Positions 35,075 to 43,181 of a DNA stretch of 64,000 bases are shown piece by piece. The notes beneath the pieces were generated by a model, which was not told the origin of the DNA, searched no databases, and worked only from the letters and a program-made list of their open reading frames with translations. The stretch's first letter is position 1. Each line of letters starts with the position of its first letter. Position numbers and translations under genes: made by a program. Source of the DNA: an uncultured Candidatus Saccharibacteria bacterium (GTDB lineage Bacteria; Patescibacteriota; Saccharimonadia; Saccharimonadales; UBA10212); the NCBI GenBank assembly GCA_964460855.1, contig CAYWQH010000003.1, positions 617 through 64,616 of the forward strand, in the 5' to 3' direction.

Positions 35075-35103
35075 TTTATACGCCGAAAATGCTGGCAAGG
35101 CAA
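35075..35103 (-). promoter_or_regulatory. promoter of the 49-aa ORF (TTGCCT-17 nt-TATAAA on the minus strand)
   Basis: The reverse complement of 35098-35103 is TTGCCT and of 35075-35080 is TATAAA. The predicted 5' UTR is about 26 nt. Confidence 0.5.
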
Positions 35104-35177
35104 CTGCTTACGTTTAGTAGACAAACAGATGTAAATGATGTAAAATACCGCGGTTATACGCAAACAGTAGGAGCAAT

Positions 35178-35615
35178 ATGGCAGACGGAAAGCCTGTAAA
35201 GGCGAATTTGAAAATGCGCATCCGCGGCGGACAAGCCAGCGCGGCGCCGCCGGTTGGAAGTACTTTGGGCCAGCACGGTGTAAATATGATGGATTTTATA
35301 AATCCGTTTAACGAACAAACCAAAGACCGCATGGGCCAGAACCTGACGGTGCATATTACTATTTATGACGACCGCACCATGAGTTGGCGGGTGGTTGGCG
35401 CGCCAACCGACGATTTAATTCGGGCCAAATTGGGAATTGATAAAGGATCCGGGCGGCCCAACAGCGAAAAAATCAGCAAAAAGCTCAGCGATAATGCTTT
35501 AACCGAAATCGCCGAAGCCAAAGCATCGGATATGAACACCGAAGATATCGACGCCGTTAAAAAAATGGTTGCCGGCACCGCCCGCAGCATGGGCGTCGAA
35601 GTCGAGGCCAAATAA
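35178..35615 (+). CDS. rplK: 50S ribosomal protein L11
   Basis: GGQASAAPPVGSTLGQHGVNMMDFINPFNEQT and the C-terminal GTARSMG are classic L11. Confidence 0.95.
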   Translation: MADGKPVKANLKMRIRGGQASAAPPVGSTLGQHGVNMMDFINPFNEQTKDRMGQNLTVHITIYDDRTMSWRVVGAPTDDLIRAKLGIDKGSGRPNSEKISKKLSDNALTEIAEAKASDMNTEDIDAVKKMVAGTARSMGVEVEAK

Positions 35616-35677
35616 TTAGAGAATAATTAATGCAGTGGGAGGCTTAAAAAGCCGCACGCACCACCAAGGAGAAAACC

Positions 35678-36673
35678 ATGGCAGAAGCCAAAAAGACCGT
35701 TACTAAAAAAGCGGCAACCAAGAAAACCACAAAAGCCGCCGAAAAGCCGGTAAAAGAAGAAATTAAATTAACCGACGCTCCGGTAGAAGCCGTAGCGGCC
35801 GAACTGGTAGTTAAAGACGTTGAGCCAAAACCGCTGGCCAAAGCCGGCAAAAGAAGCCCGAAAGCGGTTGCCGAAGCCGAAGCAAAAGAAGAAAAAGAAA
35901 CCCGCAAAGTTACTGCAAAAGCCGCAGAAACCGGAGACAAGCAGCCAGCCAAGCCGGCCGCCAAGCCGGCCCGCAGCCGCCTGGAACGGGCAGGCAAAAA
36001 ACTGCGCCAAGCTGCCGAACAAGTTGATAAATCCAAAGAATATGCGCTAAGCGAAGCCCTGGGCCTGGCCGTTAAGATCAGCAGCACCAAATTTGATTCG
36101 ACGGTTGAGCTGCACATCAATTTGGGCGTCGACCCCAAACAAGCCGACCAAAACATACGCGATAACCTGGTTTTGCCAGCTGGCTCCGGCAAAGCTGTTA
36201 GGGTTGCTGTATTTGCCGACGCCGCCGAAGCCGCGGCCGCTAAAAAAGCCGGGGCCGACATTGCGGGGGCTGATGAATTTTTGCAACAACTTGATAAAGA
36301 AAACTTCAATTTTGATATTTTAATCGCCACGCCGGCTGTTATGCCTAAGCTAGGTAAGTACGCCCGGCTGCTTGGCCCCAAGGGTTTAATGCCAAACCCC
36401 AAAAGCGGTACGGTTACGACCGATGTAAGTAAGGCAGTTAGTGAAGCCAAGGCCGGCCGCGTAGAGTACCGCGTAGACAGCGCCGGCATAGTACATGTTG
36501 GCATTGGCAAAGCCAGTTTCGGCGCCGACAAACTGGCCCAAAACGCCAACGCCGTATTTACCAGCATCCGGTCCGCCAAGCCGGCCAGCTTAAAAGGCAC
36601 CTACTTCCGCTCGGCCTTCGTTACCACTACTATGGGCCCCAGCATCAAACTGTCGATAGCTGACTTGGCATAA
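35678..36673 (+). CDS. rplA: 50S ribosomal protein L1 with a ~105-aa Lys/Ala/Pro-rich N-terminal extension
   Basis: The L1 core runs from about aa 107 (KEYALSEALGLAVKIS...LMPNPKSGTVT...). AAGGAG lies 6 nt before ATG 35678, which supports the extended start. Confidence 0.95.
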   Translation: MAEAKKTVTKKAATKKTTKAAEKPVKEEIKLTDAPVEAVAAELVVKDVEPKPLAKAGKRSPKAVAEAEAKEEKETRKVTAKAAETGDKQPAKPAAKPARSRLERAGKKLRQAAEQVDKSKEYALSEALGLAVKISSTKFDSTVELHINLGVDPKQADQNIRDNLVLPAGSGKAVRVAVFADAAEAAAAKKAGADIAGADEFLQQLDKENFNFDILIATPAVMPKLGKYARLLGPKGLMPNPKSGTVTTDVSKAVSEAKAGRVEYRVDSAGIVHVGIGKASFGADKLAQNANAVFTSIRSAKPASLKGTYFRSAFVTTTMGPSIKLSIADLA

Positions 36674-36745
36674 AAAATAACTCTAATGCTTGCAACCCCT
36701 ATAAACAAGGGCGTAAACTACTAATTAGTTAATTTTTTGGAAGAT

Positions 36746-38725
36746 ATGGCAAATAACGGCCTATTGTTAGCTATTGAGGGCATCGACGGTTCTGGCCGCG
36801 AAGCCCAAATTAAACTTCTCGCCGAACGGCTTAAAGCTTCGGGGCGGGCGGTTACGGTTGTCGATTTTCCGCAAACCGAATCGCCGTCCAGTTACTTTAT
36901 TAAAGAACTCGAGGCCGATGCCTACTTGGGCTTTCCGCCGAACCCATACCGCGGCGCGATATTCTACGCGCTGGATTACTTCCAGGCCGAAACCGGAATC
37001 AAATCGGCGCTGGCAAAAGGTCACGTTGTAATAGTCAGCCGCCAGTTATCTTACGCAATTGCCAAACAAGCTAATTTTTTTAAAGAAAGCGAGCACCGCC
37101 GGGCATTTTACTTATGGGTCGAGAACCTGGCATACCAGCTTTTTAGCCTCAACCGGCCGAACAAAACTTTCGTGCTTGATATTGATCCCAAGGCTGCCGC
37201 CCGGCTAAGCGGCCAGGCCAAGCGCTCCAAATATTTGGAAGCCGAAGCCCTGGTTTATAAAGAGTTGGCCGGGCTATTCACTAAAGATTACTTGCCAATC
37301 GGCAACGATAAAGAACATAAAGCCCAGAGCATAGTAGCGATTAATAATGAAATCTGGCAAGCTATCGAAGCTGAGTTGCCTCCGGCTAAAAACAGGCGGT
37401 CGGCCAAGGTAATTAACCTGAGTGATGTAGGCAGCGACCGGCTATATGATTTTGACGACAACGGCAGGATGGAACTTACCAGCCGCGGCCAAAAAGTACT
37501 GGAAAAACTGGTAGCTAACAGCCAATCAGACGTGTGGCTGCTTAAACCGGGCGCGTTTGACCGTATTGGAGCCAACCAAGACTTAAAGGTCCAGTTTTTA
37601 GATTATACCCAGGCGGAAACGCCGCTAAAAGTGAATGCGGCAAACCTAAAATTTATTATCGATAACATTTCGCTGCTCGGATTAACGCAATTGGTAGTTT
37701 TAAAGGGAGGCTTGCCGACAGCCAGGTTGCAAACCGTGGTTAAGCCGGATATTACTTATTACGAGCCGGAAATGCGCAAAAAAGACCTGCCTCAAAAGTA
37801 CCGCGAAAGCCAAAATAATTTACGCTCGGCTTACAATTTAAGCCGCCAAAAAATAGGCGAGGGCGACCACTCCAGTCCGATCTTGCAGCCGCTGGCAGTC
37901 TTGGGACAAGCCAGCCTGGAAATTTCGAAGGCCGATTTTAGGCGGCTATATAGCATGCTGGCCAGCAACCAGCTTACTGAACTGCGCAAACTAGCTGCCA
38001 GCTTAAACGACAACGCCCAAATGCTGCTTGGCAAAAACTGGCTCGGCAATACTGCCGATAAGAAAAAACCCGACGGCCAAAAATTGGCGGCGTTACTGCA
38101 AACTATGACAAACGATAAATTGGGCGACGGCGCCGACTTGTTAACTTATCTTGGCAGTAATATCCGCAATGAATTCGACCTTGTAGACAGCATCGTTTTT
38201 AACTACGTGGAGCAGCCGGGATACAGCCTGGCCGACGTGACCGGCGAGTGGAGTTATGACCAACAAGCTATTGTGCTAGAAAATTTTATGGCAACGGCTA
38301 AAAGCCGCGGCTCGGACCCAATACTCCAAACCGTTATCTACGAGTTTGAACTATTGATAAACTGCAAAGATATTTTGGACATTCAGCAAGAGTGGCCGGC
38401 AGCGGTTATACAAACCCAGCAATTTTCTCCCCGTTGGGGTTACCTATATCCGGACCAGGTAGAAGCCGCCGGCATGGGCGACTTATATGATAAAGCATTT
38501 GATTTAAGCTTAAGTTTATATAGCCAAATGCAAGACGAAAAGATCGGGGCTTCGGCCCAATATGCCGTATTGGCTGGCCACCGGCAGCTTACCCGCGTTA
38601 GTTTGAGCGCCAATGACTTACTGCTGGAAATTAGCGATAAACAGTCTTGTGCCTATAAATTGAAAACGATGCTGGTCGAGGAAATCAGCCAGCACCATCC
38701 GTTAATCGGATCATTTTTAGGCTGA
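36746..38725 (+). CDS. Tmk-like domain fused to two ThyX-like repeats, all with degenerate catalytic motifs
   Basis: N terminus LLLAIEGIDGSGREAQ (Tmk P-loop with K->R and S/T->E) and FPQTESPSSYFIKELE. The C-terminal 430 aa show two by-eye ThyX-pattern repeats (IYEFELLIN...QEW...QTQQFSPRWGY...AQYAVLAGHRQLTRVSLSANDLLLEISDKQ). Start taken at ATG 36746; the ORF-track start is TTG 36737. Confidence 0.75.
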   Translation: MANNGLLLAIEGIDGSGREAQIKLLAERLKASGRAVTVVDFPQTESPSSYFIKELEADAYLGFPPNPYRGAIFYALDYFQAETGIKSALAKGHVVIVSRQLSYAIAKQANFFKESEHRRAFYLWVENLAYQLFSLNRPNKTFVLDIDPKAAARLSGQAKRSKYLEAEALVYKELAGLFTKDYLPIGNDKEHKAQSIVAINNEIWQAIEAELPPAKNRRSAKVINLSDVGSDRLYDFDDNGRMELTSRGQKVLEKLVANSQSDVWLLKPGAFDRIGANQDLKVQFLDYTQAETPLKVNAANLKFIIDNISLLGLTQLVVLKGGLPTARLQTVVKPDITYYEPEMRKKDLPQKYRESQNNLRSAYNLSRQKIGEGDHSSPILQPLAVLGQASLEISKADFRRLYSMLASNQLTELRKLAASLNDNAQMLLGKNWLGNTADKKKPDGQKLAALLQTMTNDKLGDGADLLTYLGSNIRNEFDLVDSIVFNYVEQPGYSLADVTGEWSYDQQAIVLENFMATAKSRGSDPILQTVIYEFELLINCKDILDIQQEWPAAVIQTQQFSPRWGYLYPDQVEAAGMGDLYDKAFDLSLSLYSQMQDEKIGASAQYAVLAGHRQLTRVSLSANDLLLEISDKQSCAYKLKTMLVEEISQHHPLIGSFLG

Positions 38726-39715
38726 ACCTGGCAGACTTTTGGATAAAGTATCGATAAACTCGTCCGGGTCATTGAACCATTGTTCACTAGGGAAAGAGCC
38801 AAATACTAAAATGTTCTTGCCGAAAGCTTTGGCCTTCTTCTTGCTTTTATCCAGGTACTGGATTATGTCTGGCATATTTGGCGAAAGCTGGCTTGGGCTG
38901 AACCAGACTAAGGCGATGGAAGCAGTATATTGAAGCAAATCCTCGCCTTCTTTCCACTGGACATAGGTATTGCTTATCTCTTGCCTCAAATTTTCGTAAT
39001 ACTGGATTATATCGCTTAAGGTTGAAGGCCGGACATCAACCAGCAATTCTAACATTTCGTCTCCGCCAAACCTGTAAAAGCGGTCGATGCTGCGGGTATG
39101 GCCGGCTGACAACAGCTTCGCGGTGGTAACCAATGCCGCGTCGCCAGCCAACCAATCTATATCGTCGTTTATGCTCTTAAAATTATCATGGTCTATAAAC
39201 GCGATTAAACTACCCGATTCTTCCGGCAGCTCCAAAGATGAAGCTACCACTTCGCCTTGTTCTTTTTTTATCTGGTCAAAGACTCGCCCGAATTCCTGTT
39301 GCCTATCTATATTAAACCGTTGGGTAGTAGCAAAAATCAGCTTTAGTTCTTCTTCTAAAGTAGCCCTGATTCTTAAGCCGGTCATTGCATCCACGCCGGC
39401 TTTCTTTATAAATTTTCTGATTCCGTCGATTAGCATGACTTTTTCTACTCTAATGGCTTGAACGGCGTAGTTGAGGCGATCCCTAATTCGCTGGCGTTCT
39501 TCTTCGGTGCAGCTATCGTTTAGTTTGGCAATTTCTTGGTCTACAGCTTCAAATTCACCTTCAACGATAGCGCTATAAACCGCCACTTGTTCGTCCGGCG
39601 GTTCGGCCGAAAACGCGGCGACAAGTGAGTTTTGCCGCTCATCTTCGGTTAATTCATCAGGGCTCTTGATGTGATCAGTATTTAATGATGGTTCTCTAAA
39701 TTCCATCGCTTCCAA
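38717..39715 (-). CDS. GGDEF-domain diguanylate cyclase with I-site
   Basis: DAMTGLRIR, FIDHDNFKSINDD and RSID-RFYRF-GGDEM (RxxD five residues before a GGDEF-type motif). The N-terminal ~160 aa are unassigned. Confidence 0.85.
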   Translation of the reverse strand: MEAMEFREPSLNTDHIKSPDELTEDERQNSLVAAFSAEPPDEQVAVYSAIVEGEFEAVDQEIAKLNDSCTEEERQRIRDRLNYAVQAIRVEKVMLIDGIRKFIKKAGVDAMTGLRIRATLEEELKLIFATTQRFNIDRQQEFGRVFDQIKKEQGEVVASSLELPEESGSLIAFIDHDNFKSINDDIDWLAGDAALVTTAKLLSAGHTRSIDRFYRFGGDEMLELLVDVRPSTLSDIIQYYENLRQEISNTYVQWKEGEDLLQYTASIALVWFSPSQLSPNMPDIIQYLDKSKKKAKAFGKNILVFGSFPSEQWFNDPDEFIDTLSKSLPGSA

Positions 39716-39789
39716 AAACTATTAAGTTAATACCCGACCATTCGTGTATTAAATTGTCGCCGAGATCAGTATAGGTGTCAATGCTCATA

Positions 39790-39818
39790 TTGCTTAAGGG
39801 GCCTAATTCTGCTATAGT
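39790..39818 (+). promoter_or_regulatory. promoter of rplJ-rplL (TTGCTT-17 nt-TATAGT)
   Basis: Hexamers at 39790-39795 and 39813-39818. Confidence 0.6.
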
Positions 39819-39826
39819 AATAACAG

Positions 39827-39930
39827 ATACCAAAGACCGTAGCTGGGCAACCTTAATTCGCTACCGAGGTAAAAACAATCGAACCGAGAGTTTTTATGAT
39901 GATCTTTGGTAGCCGCCAAAGATTTTTTTA
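39827..39930 (+). promoter_or_regulatory. rplJ leader attenuator (L10-leader-like): mutually exclusive antiterminator and terminator helices
   Basis: TACCAAAGA (39828-39836) pairs perfectly with TCTTTGGTA (39903-39911). The overlapping ATCTTTGG (39902-39909) pairs with CCAAAGAT (39916-39923) and is followed by T7 (39924-39930). Confidence 0.6.
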
Positions 39931-39993
39931 TTTGTGAGGTCGAGCTAAAAATCTGGAGGCGAAAGGTAAATCGTAAACCATGAAGGGAATAAT

Positions 39994-40524
39994 ATGGCCC
40001 TTAGTAAAGAAAAGAAATCCGAAGTTATAAAAGAAGTCGCCCAGCTGCTGGCTGACTCTAAATTAACGGTTATTGCCAAATACGAAGGCACATCCGTTAA
40101 ATCGATGCAGCAGCTCCGCAAAAGCGGCAAAGAAAACGGCACGGTGGTACGGGTAGTTAAAAACCGGCTAGTAAAGCAAGCCCTCCAGGCTAATGACAGC
40201 TTAAAAGACATCGACACCAGCGGTTTAAGCGGGCAGTTACTGTACGCTTTTAACGACAGCGACGAAGTCGCGCCGGCCCAAACCCTAGCCCTGTTCGCTA
40301 AAACCGAGCCGCAAGTTACTTTTGTAGGCGCGATTAACAGCGACGGGCAGTTATTGGCCGCCGAGGATGTTAAAGCCTTGGCCAGCTTGCCTAGCAAAGA
40401 CCAACTTCGGGCCCAGCTGGTCGGCACTATAGCCGCCCCGCTAAGTGGATTCATAAATGTAATGACGGGTAATGTCCGGGGGGTACTAAACGTGCTTAAC
40501 GCCCGGGCTGAACAATTAGGATAA
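39994..40524 (+). CDS. rplJ: 50S ribosomal protein L10
   Basis: MALSKEKKSEVIKEVAQLLADSKLTVIAKYEGTSVKSMQQLR is typical L10. Position upstream of rplL. Confidence 0.95.
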   Translation: MALSKEKKSEVIKEVAQLLADSKLTVIAKYEGTSVKSMQQLRKSGKENGTVVRVVKNRLVKQALQANDSLKDIDTSGLSGQLLYAFNDSDEVAPAQTLALFAKTEPQVTFVGAINSDGQLLAAEDVKALASLPSKDQLRAQLVGTIAAPLSGFINVMTGNVRGVLNVLNARAEQLG

Positions 40525-40536
40525 AAGGAGATAATA

Positions 40537-40947
40537 ATGGCAGACGCAGAAAAAACCGTAGAAGTTCCAAAAGAATTTTCCGGCTTAGTAAAAGAGCTCG
40601 ACAAAATGTCGGCATTGGATATTAGCAAATTCGTCCAGTTCTTAGAAGAGTACTGGGGAGTAAGCGCAGCCGCGCCGGCAGTAGCCGTAGCAGCTGCCCC
40701 GGGCGGCGGCGACGCGGCCCCGGCAGAAGAAGCTAAAAGCGAATACGACGTGGTACTTAAAGACGCCGGCGCCCAAAAGGTAGCCGTCATTAAAGCCGTT
40801 AAGGATATCACCGGTTTAGGCCTGGGCGAAGCTAAAGCTATCGTCGACAGCGCGCCGAAACCTGTATTGGAAAAAGCCAAAAAAGAAGACGCCGAAAACG
40901 CCAAGAAAGCTTTGGAAGAAGCCGGCGCGACAGTCGAGCTGGCTTAA
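40537..40947 (+). CDS. rplL: 50S ribosomal protein L7/L12
   Basis: Ala/Pro hinge and the C-terminal domain [32 protein letters not shown]...EAGATVEL. Confidence 0.95.
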   Translation: MADAEKTVEVPKEFSGLVKELDKMSALDISKFVQFLEEYWGVSAAAPAVAVAAAPGGGDAAPAEEAKSEYDVVLKDAGAQKVAVIKAVKDITGLGLGEAKAIVDSAPKPVLEKAKKEDAENAKKALEEAGATVELA

Positions 40948-41069
40948 TAGCCAAATTGGCAATTGTCCACAGTTTACCAGCAGTCTTTGACTTAACTTGT
41001 AAACTATGTTACGTTTAGATTAAGGTGTACCTAAACAAACATTGAGAGGTGTTTCGGAGTATTTAGTCT

Positions 41070-41582
41070 ATGGCTGATGTACCAGAGAAGCAAATCAAGC
41101 GTTTAAGACAACTGATTCAAGACGCTGAAACAAACTTATCGGCAGCTAAAGAGTTGCTGATAAGTTTGGTCGGCGACGACCCGGTTGTCATGGATAAAGT
41201 TAAAGAAGAGTCACTCGGTAAAATTATCGAGGGTGTTTTTGATGGCCAAAATATGGTGGGCAGCGACGGTAAAATTTATCCGGTGCCGGCCAACTATGCC
41301 AGCAAGTCCAAATTAGTGCAGGGCGACATATTGAAGCTTACTATTGCCGACGACGGCGCCTTTATGTATAAACAAATCGGGCCGATCCCGCGCAAGCAAA
41401 TCGTGGGCGTACTGACCCAAAAAGATGGCCATTACTTCGTAGAAGTTAACGAAAAGCAGTACCGCGTACTGCTGGCCAGTGTAACTTACTTTAAAGCCAA
41501 ACCCGGCGACCAAGTTAGTGTGAATATTCCCGAAGATTCTAGCGTCGAGGCCGAGTGGGCCGCGCTCGAAGCCGCGCTTTAA
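41070..41582 (+). CDS. hypothetical protein (170 aa)
   Basis: ORF with an N-terminal helical region and a beta-rich C-terminal half. It sits where rpoB would normally follow rplL. No motif recognised. Confidence 0.7.
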   Translation: MADVPEKQIKRLRQLIQDAETNLSAAKELLISLVGDDPVVMDKVKEESLGKIIEGVFDGQNMVGSDGKIYPVPANYASKSKLVQGDILKLTIADDGAFMYKQIGPIPRKQIVGVLTQKDGHYFVEVNEKQYRVLLASVTYFKAKPGDQVSVNIPEDSSVEAEWAALEAAL

Positions 41583-41686
41583 TTATCCTCATCATCCACA
41601 ACTAAGCGCGTTAGCGTTGTAGTTTTGATTTTGGAACAGCACAAGCCAATTACTTATACTTATATATAGAAAGTATTGGAGTAGTT

Positions 41687-43174
41687 GTGGCGCAGGCACT
41701 GTACCGGAAATACCGGTCGCGCTCTTTCGCTGACGTTATCGGCCAGGAGCACGTAACCAAAACGCTGGATAAAGCCGTAAAAACCGGCAAAATTAGCCAT
41801 GCCTACCTATTGTCCGGCCCGCGCGGGGTGGGCAAAACCAGTGTTGCCCGCATACTGGCCCACGAAGTTAACGGTTTAGCATACGAAAACGACGCCTACC
41901 ATATAGATATAATTGAAATCGACGCCGCCAGTAACCGCCGCATTGACGAAATCCGCGACCTGCGCGAAAAAGTGCATATCGCCCCGACTAGCGCGAAATA
42001 TAAGGTCTATATAATCGATGAGGTCCATATGCTTACCCGCGAAGCATTCAACGCCCTGCTTAAAACGCTGGAAGAGCCGCCGGAGCATTGCATCTTTATA
42101 TTAGCTACTACCGAGCCCCATAAATTACCCGAAACCATCATCAGCCGCACCCAGCGGCACAACTTTAAGCCGGTCAGCCCAGATGCGGTGGCCGGCCACT
42201 TAGCCAATATCGCCAATACCGAAAAAATCAGCATTGATGCCGGCGCGCTGCAGCTGCTGGCTGCCCACGGCGAAGGCAGTTTCCGCGATAGTATCAGCAT
42301 GCTCGACCAACTAGCCGGCAGCGGCAAAAAAATAACTGCCGCGATGGTAAGCGACATGCTGGGCATGGCGCCGCAAACCGCGGTAGAACAATGCCTTAAA
42401 TTCGTTTTTGGCGGCAGTCTAGCCGAATTAGCCGCGCAGCTAAAACTATTCCACGAAACCGGAATTAACTCTTCTATTCTAGCCAAACAAATGGCCGAGC
42501 ATTTGCGCAATTTGCTGCACCAGGGTAAAGCCAGCCCCGAAACTATCGCATTGCATAAGAATTTATTAGAGGTCAGTGCCAGCCCAAACCCGGAGGAGCT
42601 ACTGGAAATAATTTTATTTAGCGCGGCCCAGCAAAACACCCCCGGGCAGGAAACCACGGCAGTGACCGAACCGGCAGCAGAAAATTTGATTGCCGCCGAA
42701 ATAAAACCGGCCGAAACCGCCCAAATTACAGAAACGGTAACTGCCCGCCTCGAGCCTGCAGCTTTTCCGGAGTTGGCAGCTGAAACGAACGCGGCCGGGC
42801 AAGCGGAGTTTACGCTAGATAACTGGTCGGACGTGTTGCGCGAAGTAAAAAAATCGGCCGCGTCATTATATACGGCGCTGCGCCTGGCCGTACCGGCCAT
42901 CGAAAACAACAAATTAATTTTGTCTTTCCAATTCGGGCTGCACCAAAAGAAGGTTGACCAGTTAAAACATAAGCAGTTAATTAAAAAGGTCGTGGCTGAG
43001 CTGGGCTTTAAACCGCCAAATATAGAATGCATCGTCGACAAATCGATTGGCACGTTTATCGCCCCCAGCGAAAACGCCGAACCGGTCGCCGAACAACTGG
43101 ATAGCCCGGACACCAGTGAAACCGCCAACTCGATAAGCAATATATTTGGCACCGTGGAAGTGTTAGAATCTTGA
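41687..43174 (+). CDS. dnaX: DNA polymerase III subunit gamma/tau
   Basis: LYRKYRSRSFADVIGQEHV, GPRGVGKTS and IIDEVHML...SRTQ. GTG start 5 nt after GGAG. Confidence 0.95.
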   Translation: MAQALYRKYRSRSFADVIGQEHVTKTLDKAVKTGKISHAYLLSGPRGVGKTSVARILAHEVNGLAYENDAYHIDIIEIDAASNRRIDEIRDLREKVHIAPTSAKYKVYIIDEVHMLTREAFNALLKTLEEPPEHCIFILATTEPHKLPETIISRTQRHNFKPVSPDAVAGHLANIANTEKISIDAGALQLLAAHGEGSFRDSISMLDQLAGSGKKITAAMVSDMLGMAPQTAVEQCLKFVFGGSLAELAAQLKLFHETGINSSILAKQMAEHLRNLLHQGKASPETIALHKNLLEVSASPNPEELLEIILFSAAQQNTPGQETTAVTEPAAENLIAAEIKPAETAQITETVTARLEPAAFPELAAETNAAGQAEFTLDNWSDVLREVKKSAASLYTALRLAVPAIENNKLILSFQFGLHQKKVDQLKHKQLIKKVVAELGFKPPNIECIVDKSIGTFIAPSENAEPVAEQLDSPDTSETANSISNIFGTVEVLES

Positions 43175-43181
43175 GTACGCT

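Noticed and set aside
34836-35117. 93-aa plus-strand ORF (MITAARGRRIHSTPRQ...) between nusG and rplK.
   Set aside because: Its sequence is charged and low-complexity, the mirror image of the hydrophobic minus-strand peptide. It has no RBS, and its ATG overlaps the previous stop only by chance. The minus-strand 49-aa ORF has a promoter, an RBS and a TM helix, so I preferred it.
35616-35677. The rplK-rplA spacer hairpin (GGGAGGCTT-AAAA-AGCC...) as an L1-binding autoregulatory site.
   Set aside because: There is only a 4-5-bp stem, and I cannot align it convincingly to the 23S H77-78 mimic from memory. The evidence is too weak to report as a feature.
35644-36600. 318-aa minus-strand ORF antisense to rplA. 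Similar long antisense ORFs occur at 39945-40904 (rplJ/rplL), 42007-43152 (dnaX), 43454-44107 (dnaB), 59795-60589 (tail-fibre gene) and 3178-3675 (hsdM).
   Set aside because: These are shadow ORFs opposite confidently identified genes. They have low-complexity Ala/Ser/Leu-rich translations and no RBS, so I did not report them as genes.
42310-42860. A AAA AAA slippery heptamers in dnaX (at about 42318 and 42845) as programmed -1 frameshift sites producing a gamma subunit.
   Set aside because: Neither -1 frame hits a stop soon: about 22 codons for the first site and more than 30 for the second. The first site is far too early in the protein, and no downstream stem-loop is evident.
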